Shown piece after piece: positions 20,534 through 28,268 of a stretch of 62,182 nucleotides of DNA. The translations under genes and the position numbers were made by a program. This DNA comes from Eubacteriales bacterium. Lineage in GTDB: Bacteria; Bacillota; Clostridia; Oscillospirales; CAG-382. The notes below the pieces were generated by a model that had not been told where the DNA came from, did no database searches, and was given only the letters and a program-made list of their open reading frames with translations. The stretch covers positions 1-62,182 of the forward strand of contig JAZQFS010000125.1 of assembly GCA_045539625.1 (NCBI GenBank), in the 5' to 3' direction. The stretch's first letter is position 1, and each line of letters starts with the position of its first letter.

Positions 20534-20562
20534 ATTATACAATAATTTGCCGGTTTTGTCAA
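20534..20562 (-). promoter_or_regulatory. Consensus sigmaA promoter of carAB
   Basis: TTGACA-17 bp-TATAAT. Confidence 0.88.
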
Positions 20563-20722
20563 TACGTTTTTTTTATATTTCACGCCGATATTTTACAATA
20601 TTTTCACTCTGCTTTTATACAAGTTGACAAAAAGCAAAAAGTATCAAAAGAGTAAAAGACGGTACTTGAAATTCCGTGCTTAAAATGATACAATGTTATA
20701 AACACAAATCGAAAGGAAAAAT

Positions 20723-21067
20723 ATGATGGGATTTCTTGATAACCTTAAAAACAAACTGTCGCCCGTGTCAAAAAACGCAAAGCAGTCAAGAGCCATAGCC
20801 TCAAAGCTCAATGACAGCCACATAAAATACGCAAGCGACAAGACAGACGGCGAAGAAATCATAGTCGGCAGAAGCGGTCACGTAAACATTGTTGACGGAG
20901 ATTGCTTTGAGCTGGTGTTCGGCGTTGAGAGCATCTTTAAATTCAAAATAGACGAAATGACCATATGGGAATTTATGAGCCTTGACGGAGCAACCGTCGG
21001 CGGCACCGACCTTAATACAGGCAAAGAAAAGACCTTTATCCTGTACTACGATAAGCACCTGACATAA
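20723..21067 (+). CDS. Hypothetical protein
   Basis: SD GAAAGGA; upstream TTGAAA-17-TACAAT promoter. Confidence 0.75.
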   Translation: MMGFLDNLKNKLSPVSKNAKQSRAIASKLNDSHIKYASDKTDGEEIIVGRSGHVNIVDGDCFELVFGVESIFKFKIDEMTIWEFMSLDGATVGGTDLNTGKEKTFILYYDKHLT

Positions 21068-21070
21068 TAA

Positions 21071-21613
21071 TTATTTGCAGAAATTTTCGATGTAGTTGTC
21101 AATAGCCGATTCGATAATCTTTACGGCCTCCTCGCGTCCCTTTACCTCGTCAACGGCAGTTGTTTTGTGCTCAAGGTTCTTGTAAACCGTGAAAAAGTGC
21201 TTCATCTCGTCGAAGATGTGCATGGGAAGCTGGTCAATATCAGTGTACATATTGTAGTTTGGATCATTGAAGGGAATGGCGATAATCTTTTCGTCGTTTC
21301 TGCCGTTGTCAACCATGGTGATAACGCCGATGGGGTAGGCACGTACAAGCGTCAGCGGCTCAAGAGGCTCAGCACACACAAGAAGGACGTCCAACGGGTC
21401 TCCGTCATCACCGTAGGTGCGGGGAATAAAGCCGCAGTTTGCAGGATAGTGGGTTGATGTATAAAGAATTCTGTCCAGCATAATGTAGCCTGTTTCCTTG
21501 TCAAGCTCGTACTTCTTTTTGCTGTTTTTGGATATTTCGATAACGCAGATAAAATCCTCACTGCTTATTCTTTTTGGTGAAATGTCATGCCAGATGTTTG
21601 ACACATTAATCAT
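21071..21613 (-). CDS. ppa: Family I inorganic pyrophosphatase
   Basis: KYELDKE, DGDPLDV, DEKIIA, HFFTVYK; start may be GTG 21604. Confidence 0.93.
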   Translation of the reverse strand: MINVSNIWHDISPKRISSEDFICVIEISKNSKKKYELDKETGYIMLDRILYTSTHYPANCGFIPRTYGDDGDPLDVLLVCAEPLEPLTLVRAYPIGVITMVDNGRNDEKIIAIPFNDPNYNMYTDIDQLPMHIFDEMKHFFTVYKNLEHKTTAVDEVKGREEAVKIIESAIDNYIENFCK

Positions 21614-21682
21614 TCCTTTCTGTAGTTGATTGAATTATAGCATAATTCGGTGAAAAATTCAATACAATTTTACTTAATTTGC

Positions 21683-21711
21683 TTGACAGAGGCATATTTA
21701 TATAATAAAAT
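21683..21711 (+). promoter_or_regulatory. sigmaA promoter of rubrerythrin
   Basis: TTGACA-17 bp-TAAAAT. Confidence 0.7.
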
Positions 21712-21739
21712 GTAATTAAAATAATTGGAGGTTAGGACT

Positions 21740-22399
21740 ATGACTAAGTACAAGTGCAAAGTCTGCGGCGAAGTTTTTGAAGCAGCAGACGGACAGGAAG
21801 CAGAATGCCCCAAGTGCAAAATGAAGGGCGATAAGCTTGAAAAAATACAGGAGGAAAAGAAAATGAACAAGTACGCAGGTACACAGACAGAAAAGAATCT
21901 TGAAGCCGCATTTGCTGGCGAATCACAGGCAAGAAACAAGTATACATACTTTGCATCAGTTGCAAAGAAGGAAGGCTATGAGCAGATATCAGCCCTATTC
22001 CTTAAGACAGCCGATAACGAAAAGGAACACGCAAAGTTGTGGTTCAAGGAATTGGAAGGTATTGGCGATACAGCGGCAAATCTTCTTGAAGCGGCAAACG
22101 GCGAAAACTATGAATGGACAGATATGTACGAAGGCTTTGCAAAGACAGCAGACGAAGAAGGTTTTCACGACCTTGCAAGAAAGTTCAGACTCGTAGCTGC
22201 TGTCGAAAAGCATCACGAGGAAAGATACCGTGCACTTTTAAAGAACGTTGAAACAGCACAGGTATTTGAAAAGAGCGAGGTTAAGGTTTGGGAGTGCCGT
22301 AACTGCGGACACATTATTGTCGGCACAAAGGCTCCCGAGGTTTGTCCCACCTGTGCTCATCCCAAGAGCTACTTTGAAGTTCACGCCGAAAACTATTAA
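21740..22399 (+). CDS. rbr: Rubrerythrin with an extra N-terminal CxxC..CxxC metal-ribbon domain
   Basis: [23 protein letters not shown]-terminal CRNCG..CPTC; N-terminal CKVCG..CPKC. Confidence 0.93.
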   Translation: MTKYKCKVCGEVFEAADGQEAECPKCKMKGDKLEKIQEEKKMNKYAGTQTEKNLEAAFAGESQARNKYTYFASVAKKEGYEQISALFLKTADNEKEHAKLWFKELEGIGDTAANLLEAANGENYEWTDMYEGFAKTADEEGFHDLARKFRLVAAVEKHHEERYRALLKNVETAQVFEKSEVKVWECRNCGHIIVGTKAPEVCPTCAHPKSYFEVHAENY

Positions 22400-22422
22400 T
22401 TACTGTTTTGCTTTGAAAAACG

Positions 22423-22458
22423 CTGTCTTTGCTCTTGCGGGTAAAGACAGTTTTTTTT
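22423..22458 (+). terminator. Intrinsic terminator
   Basis: ctgtctttgc...gtaaagacag + T8. Confidence 0.85.
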
Positions 22459-22540
22459 GTGAAAATAATGTTGGTTATTTCCTCTTTACAAATCGGGCAA
22501 AATGTAGTACAATGTAAAAAAAGACGAAAGGAAGAAGAAA

Positions 22541-22762
22541 ATGAAAAAGCTTCACCGTTCAAAGAAAAACAGATGGCTCACAGGTCTTTGCGGAGGACTC
22601 GGCGAGTATTTTAACATTGATCCCATAATAATCAGAATAGTTGCGGTTTTGCTTGAGCTGTCAATATTCGGACTTATTGCGTATTTTCTGCTGTCCTATT
22701 ATGTTCCCGAGGACGACGGCGTAATAGAGGCGCAGTCGACAGATGCAGATGAAACAAAATGA
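22541..22762 (+). CDS. PspC domain protein
   Basis: KKLHRSKKNRWLTGLCGGLGEYFNIDPIIIRI. Confidence 0.88.
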   Translation: MKKLHRSKKNRWLTGLCGGLGEYFNIDPIIIRIVAVLLELSIFGLIAYFLLSYYVPEDDGVIEAQSTDADETK

Positions 22763-23438
22763 GCTTTGCCACAGGGTAAGACAGTACCTTTTTTCCTGTG
22801 CCGATTTGCAATACCGTGATTTTCAATCAAAGCTTATGCCTACCGTGGATAAGGAGAAAATAATCGGCGTGCGTACTCCCTTTCTCAGAAAATATGCGAA
22901 AGAGCTTTTCAAAAGCGGTGAGTACCAAGAGTTTCTTTCTGACCTTCCCCATAAATATTATGAAGAGGATAATCTTCACGGCTTTCTGCTTGAACAGATT
23001 TCAGACGCCGATGAGTGCATTTTGCGCCTTGATGAATTTCTGCACTTTGTTGATAACTGGGCAACCTGTGACGGCATAAAGCCACGGTGCTTTAAGAAAA
23101 ATCCCGATAAAGCACTGATGGCGGCATACAGGTGGATTGACGGAAAAGAAATCTATGTTGTCCGCTTCGGCATCGGTGTTCTGATGAATTATTTTCTTGA
23201 CGGTAATTTTGATGAACGCTTTTGTGAGAGGGTTGCTTCGGTACACAGCGGCGAGTACTATATCAATATGATGTGCGGCTGGTATTTTGCAACGGCGCTT
23301 GCAAAGCAGTATGACACGGCAATAGTGTATCTTCGTGACAGACGCCTTGATGAAACTGTGCATAAAATTACGGTACGTAAGGCAATAGAGAGCTTTCGTA
23401 TAAGCGAAGAGAAGAAAAAGTATATACGTTCCTTGTAA
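22749..23438 (+). CDS. DNA alkylation repair protein (AlkD-like)
   Basis: IGVRTPFLRK, VDNWATCD, YYINMMCGWYFATALAKQ. Confidence 0.85.
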   Translation: MKQNELCHRVRQYLFSCADLQYRDFQSKLMPTVDKEKIIGVRTPFLRKYAKELFKSGEYQEFLSDLPHKYYEEDNLHGFLLEQISDADECILRLDEFLHFVDNWATCDGIKPRCFKKNPDKALMAAYRWIDGKEIYVVRFGIGVLMNYFLDGNFDERFCERVASVHSGEYYINMMCGWYFATALAKQYDTAIVYLRDRRLDETVHKITVRKAIESFRISEEKKKYIRSL

Positions 23439-23441
23439 AAT

Positions 23442-23515
23442 GAGGGCTGTTTCCTTGAAACAGTTCTTTTTTTGTGCAAAAAAACTGCCTTTACCCCATA
23501 AAGTAAAGACAGCTC
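23442..23515. terminator. Back-to-back terminators between convergent genes
   Basis: ggctgtttc/gaaacagtt + T run, then A run + ctgcctttac/gtaaagacag. Confidence 0.75.
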
Positions 23516-23524
23516 TTGAATTTT

Positions 23525-26278
23525 TTATGCCTTTGTCGCAATAATAACCCTGATTTTTCCGCCCTTTTCGGGAGTTTTGTCGTAGTAAGCTTCGTATGTA
23601 AAATCGCCGATAATGGCATCGTTTAGAGAAATGCTTTTATATGTGCCATCTTTATACTGGAATACTACAACATTGTCCCATATGGGAAATTCGTTGTCTT
23701 CTACATCGTAGACTGTTGTTGCAGTTATAAAATCAAGGTCTTCTACAGCAAACAGGTTTCGGAAATTGCTTACAGCACCGTCTGTATATTGAATTATTAC
23801 CGGGCCTGCTGTGATTTTTTTGCCGGTAAAACTCAGTTTTTTCGTAGTGTGTTCGGTAACGTAAGTTACATGAGATACAGTTGGAGAATCGTCACTATCT
23901 TCTTTTGAGGCTTTTGAAACAGTAGATATAACGCCGTACTCATTCAAATCTCCCGTGAAGTTGTTGAGAATAAGCTCGCTTAAATTGTTGTTTTCGTCAA
24001 AGGAGCAGTACAGAATAAGCTTTGAATAAAGGAAAGCCTCAATGTCAAGCTTTGCACCGTCAAAACGTGAGGGGTAAATCTTTGCAACTGTGGTATCGTT
24101 TATCTCTATAATTTTGCAGTCATCGGCAAAGCGACCTTCGTTGATGGCGTTGATTACAGTGGCAAGAGTGTTTCTGCCCAAGGTTGTTGACTGCTCGGTA
24201 AGCTTCACCGTATCTCCCACGGCAACTCTTACAATGTCGCCGATACCCAAATTCTTGTTGAGGTGCTCATAGGTGTAGGATTTTGTGCTTGTGTCGGTGA
24301 CAGTTACGTATTCTGCGGTATATGTGTCGCCGTCGCTGTCGGTGAACTGCTTTTCTCCACGGCCTGTGACAACGCCGTAGTAAACTCGAGAAACGCTGTC
24401 AACACTCACAACACCTGCAACCTTTCCGTTCATATCAAGCAAAAGCGTTGCCTTGTCTCCCACACGGAAAGCACCGAAGGTGGATAAATCGTAGGAAGCC
24501 TGTGATGTTTCAACGCCGTAGGTGTTGCCCGAAAGGGTGACGGAGGTAGGCGATGACAGGGGAGCTATTGCCTCAATTGTACCGCTTACCGTGTCTCTGT
24601 AAATCCATACCGTGTTAAGTACGGGCGAGAAGTAGTAAACGTCATAGGGTGCAATTTCCTTAGCCTGAATCACAGTGTTGCTCTTGTATACGGTAGCCGA
24701 AGCAAGGTCAAGCGTCAGCTTATCCATGCTGCCGTCCGTTCCTACAATGTACGGACCTTTAAGCGAGCCTGAAACGACCTCGGAATAAGTGGCGTCGTTG
24801 TCCTTCTTTCCGATTTCGTCGGGATTTGCCGACAGTATGCTTATAACCTCGTCGTTCTTGCCGAGGATAAGCTTTACATAATCGTCCGCCTTAAACTGAC
24901 CGTAGGTGGAAACGGCAATTTTTGCTTCATCCGTTGCAAGGGAATAGGTTTTGTTTGCTATGCTGACCGTCGACGAAGAAAGTGATGAAATGTTGCCTGC
25001 AACGGTTTCTCTGTAAACCCAGACGCTGTTAAAGGGCTTTGCATAGTAAAGAACATCAGCGACAGCGGGAGTGTAGCTGTCTGCCGGAACACCGTTTATG
25101 AAAATTTCTGCCGTGTCTGTGTCAAAGGGAATACTGTTCTTCCATAAAGCAATTTCGCTTTCACTTGCTATGTAAAGCGGAAGACTTATAACAGCATCAA
25201 TCATGGATATGTAGGAGGCGTTGTCGGAGTTGTCGGTGATTTTGCTCTTGTCGCCGTCAACTATGTCTGCAACCTCATCGTTAAGACCTAACAGCAAGGT
25301 CACAAAGCTGTGCTTTTCGCTGTATTTTCCGCCGAGAGAAAGCTTGCTTCTTGCTTCGTTTGTTCTGACGGAATAGGTCTTGTTTCCCGTGAGAGTCACA
25401 GCGGAATTTCCGCTTTTTGAGGTGATAATACCTGTTGCGGTTTTTCTGAAGGCGAAAACAGAATTGATTTTTTCGCTGAAATAAATGACGTCGCCTTCCT
25501 TTATCTGCGAAAGGGAAGAGGAAACGCTGTTAAGATTGTACTGCGTTTTGCTGTCAGAACTAAAGCCCGTAATTTCGTCAACGGTTTTGCCCTGTGTGAG
25601 AATAAAGGGACCTTCCAGCTCTTTTTGCAGCAGGGCGTTGTAGTCGATTTTGCATTCGCTGTCTGTTTCGTAGCCGAGGGTTGTGCAGTAAACGGCTCCG
25701 CTTTTGGTTTTTGCAGATAACGTATTGTAAAGCAGAATCATACATTCTTCACGTGTAAGAAGCTGACCTTTAACTGCGGATATGTTTTCATCAAGCTCCT
25801 TTTCGTGGTACTTTTCAAGCTGTGATGAGGGGTATGTACCCTTGAAATCACCTGTTGTGTAGCCGAGAAGACGCAGAACAATGGTTGCCGCTTCCTCTAA
25901 GGTCACATAGCCCGAGGGCTTGAAGGTGCCGTCAAGATAGCCGTTGACAAGTCCTGCCTCAATGGCAGTTGATATAAAGCCTGCACCCCAGAAGTCCGCC
26001 TTGACGTCGGGAAACAGGGAATAGCTGACAACGCTGTTTTTTGCCTTGTCCTTGTTAACAGAGGCGCTTACAGCCATCTTTACAAATTCGGCACGGGTTA
26101 CGTTGCTTGAAAAATTCATATTGCCGTTTTCGTCGCCTGAGGCAATTTCAAGAATTTTTACGGTGTTTATTACTTCGCTGTCGGCAACTGAGGGCACTTC
26201 TTCTGCCAAAGTGGAAAAGGAGACGCAGCAAAGTATGAGAGCAATGCTTAAAATCAGCTTGCAAAAATTTCTTTTCAT
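23525..26278 (-). CDS. Secreted SLH-domain surface protein with three internal repeats
   Basis: Signal peptide; VTRAEFVKM, GYLDGTFKPSGYVTLEEA, LTREEC; repeats DVIYFS..SVFAFR, DVLYYA..SVWVYR, DVYYFS..TVWIYR. Confidence 0.85.
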   Translation of the reverse strand: MKRNFCKLILSIALILCCVSFSTLAEEVPSVADSEVINTVKILEIASGDENGNMNFSSNVTRAEFVKMAVSASVNKDKAKNSVVSYSLFPDVKADFWGAGFISTAIEAGLVNGYLDGTFKPSGYVTLEEAATIVLRLLGYTTGDFKGTYPSSQLEKYHEKELDENISAVKGQLLTREECMILLYNTLSAKTKSGAVYCTTLGYETDSECKIDYNALLQKELEGPFILTQGKTVDEITGFSSDSKTQYNLNSVSSSLSQIKEGDVIYFSEKINSVFAFRKTATGIITSKSGNSAVTLTGNKTYSVRTNEARSKLSLGGKYSEKHSFVTLLLGLNDEVADIVDGDKSKITDNSDNASYISMIDAVISLPLYIASESEIALWKNSIPFDTDTAEIFINGVPADSYTPAVADVLYYAKPFNSVWVYRETVAGNISSLSSSTVSIANKTYSLATDEAKIAVSTYGQFKADDYVKLILGKNDEVISILSANPDEIGKKDNDATYSEVVSGSLKGPYIVGTDGSMDKLTLDLASATVYKSNTVIQAKEIAPYDVYYFSPVLNTVWIYRDTVSGTIEAIAPLSSPTSVTLSGNTYGVETSQASYDLSTFGAFRVGDKATLLLDMNGKVAGVVSVDSVSRVYYGVVTGRGEKQFTDSDGDTYTAEYVTVTDTSTKSYTYEHLNKNLGIGDIVRVAVGDTVKLTEQSTTLGRNTLATVINAINEGRFADDCKIIEINDTTVAKIYPSRFDGAKLDIEAFLYSKLILYCSFDENNNLSELILNNFTGDLNEYGVISTVSKASKEDSDDSPTVSHVTYVTEHTTKKLSFTGKKITAGPVIIQYTDGAVSNFRNLFAVEDLDFITATTVYDVEDNEFPIWDNVVVFQYKDGTYKSISLNDAIIGDFTYEAYYDKTPEKGGKIRVIIATKA

Positions 26279-26305
26279 ATATATTAAATCCTTTCTTTGC
26301 ACGTA

Positions 26306-27499
26306 TCAGTCGTGCCTTAAAGCTTCAATAGGATTAAGCTTTGCAGCTTTGTTGGCAGGTAAGTATCCGAACAAAACTCCGATTGCCACCGATATTCCAA
26401 AGGATACACCAATTGAAGTAAGTGTTGGAATTGCCACCATTTCAAGAGAGGCAAGAAGCGTTTTTGTAACAAGTGATGAAACGGCAATACCAAGACCTAT
26501 GCCAAGCAATCCTCCAAGCGCACTTGTGGTTGCAGCCTCTATAACAAACTGCATTCTTATGTGCCTGCCTTTTGCTCCGAGGGCTTTTCTGATGCCGATT
26601 TCACGTGTTCTTTCCGTTACCGATACAAGCATTATGTTCATAATACCAATGCCGCCGACAACAAGGGAAATACCTGCAATTGCCGCAAGCACAAGCACCA
26701 TGGTGTCCATCATTTCGTTCATAATGTCAAGCACCTCCGTAAGACTTGTTACGGAGTAATAATCGTCGCTTCTGAAGGTCTCGTACAGCCTTGCATCAAT
26801 AAGGTCGATACAGCCTTCAACATCGTCTTCGCTTTTTGCAACAAAGGTAAATGTGCCGATTGTGCTTGAGCGAGACAGATACCTTGCTGCCGTGGAGTAG
26901 GGAACATATACAAAGTTGTCAATTCCCGTTTCGCTTGTTTTGTCGTTCTGTTCTTCAACAGCACCGATGATAAGATACCTGTCGCCGTTTATTTTCAAGT
27001 ATTTGCCAACAGCATTTCCGCCGTATACCGTATGGTTGTAGAATGCGCCTACAATACATACTTTTTTGTTCTGCAGAATGTCAACATAACAGATGTTGCT
27101 GCCGTTTTCAAGAGTGTAGTCCTTGATGCCGAGATACTCCTCGCTGATGCCCGTGATGGCTGGGGTGTACAGCTCGTTGTCGGCGCCTCTTACCTGTGCT
27201 CTTGTTGTGACGGTGGGGGACATATAGTTGAAAACGTCCTTGTTTTCATCGTAAAGCTCATACATATCCTCAACACTTACCGTTCTTGATGAGCCTCTGC
27301 CCACAATGTTTACCGAAATGTTTGTAGTACCCATGCTGGCAAAGCTGTCATTCATAAATACCGTCATACCGTTGCCGAGAGCCATAATGATTATAACCGC
27401 CGCAACGCCTATGATAATACCAAGCATTGTAAGGAAGGAACGCATTTTGCTTGTGGACAGGCTTTTGAATGCCATTATAAAGCATTGAAAAACATTCAT
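26306..27499 (-). CDS. MacB/YknZ-family ABC permease
   Basis: RSFLTMLGIIIGV, GGIGIMNIMLVSVTERTREIGIRKALGA, LNPIEALR. Confidence 0.93.
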   Translation of the reverse strand: MNVFQCFIMAFKSLSTSKMRSFLTMLGIIIGVAAVIIIMALGNGMTVFMNDSFASMGTTNISVNIVGRGSSRTVSVEDMYELYDENKDVFNYMSPTVTTRAQVRGADNELYTPAITGISEEYLGIKDYTLENGSNICYVDILQNKKVCIVGAFYNHTVYGGNAVGKYLKINGDRYLIIGAVEEQNDKTSETGIDNFVYVPYSTAARYLSRSSTIGTFTFVAKSEDDVEGCIDLIDARLYETFRSDDYYSVTSLTEVLDIMNEMMDTMVLVLAAIAGISLVVGGIGIMNIMLVSVTERTREIGIRKALGAKGRHIRMQFVIEAATTSALGGLLGIGLGIAVSSLVTKTLLASLEMVAIPTLTSIGVSFGISVAIGVLFGYLPANKAAKLNPIEALRHD

Positions 27500-28251
27500 G
27501 ACTTGCTCTCTCCTTTCTTTTTCAAAAGGGGATCGTCGTCAAATGCTACGTGCGCCTGAACGGTAGCACCGTCGCCGTCAGAGGGACCGTCGTATACCAC
27601 ACAGCCGTCATGAAGACGAACAATTCTCTTTGCGGAATGTGCGATTGAATTGTCGTGGGTGATAAGAACTATAGTGTTTCCTTCGGCGTTGAGCTTCTGT
27701 AAAAATTCCAGCACCTCTCTGCCTGTGCGTGAGTCAAGAGCACCTGTCGGCTCGTCTGCAAGAATAACCGAAGGATTTCCTGCAAGAGCACGGGCAATGG
27801 AAACTCTTTGCTGCTGACCGCCTGATAGCTGAGACGGATAGTTTTTCTCTTTACCTGAAAGACCTACTCTTACAAGCGATTCCTTTGCTCTTTCGTGACG
27901 CTCGTCGGCATCAACGCCTGCATATAACAGAGGAAGCTCTACATTTTCCTGAACTGTAAGTTTTGGAATTAGGTTGTATTGCTGAAAAATAAAGCCAAGC
28001 ATTTTGTTTCTTATTTCCGCAAGCTCGTCATCCTCCATGGTTGATACGTCTATTCCGTTGAGAAGATACGTGCCTTGTGTCGGAACGTCAAGACAGCCGA
28101 TAATGTTCATAAGTGTTGACTTTCCGCAGCCCGACTGACCGACAATTGCAACAAATTCGCCCTTGTCGATGTGCAGGTTAACTCCGTTTGAAGCATAGGT
28201 GGTGGTGTCGCCGTTTACATAAATCTTGTAAATGTCTTTAAGTGTAATCAA
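27496..28251 (-). CDS. MacB/LolD/YknY-family ABC ATPase
   Basis: [28 protein letters not shown]. Confidence 0.93.
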   Translation of the reverse strand: MITLKDIYKIYVNGDTTTYASNGVNLHIDKGEFVAIVGQSGCGKSTLMNIIGCLDVPTQGTYLLNGIDVSTMEDDELAEIRNKMLGFIFQQYNLIPKLTVQENVELPLLYAGVDADERHERAKESLVRVGLSGKEKNYPSQLSGGQQQRVSIARALAGNPSVILADEPTGALDSRTGREVLEFLQKLNAEGNTIVLITHDNSIAHSAKRIVRLHDGCVVYDGPSDGDGATVQAHVAFDDDPLLKKKGESKS

Positions 28252-28268
28252 AGCATTTCACCCCGTAA

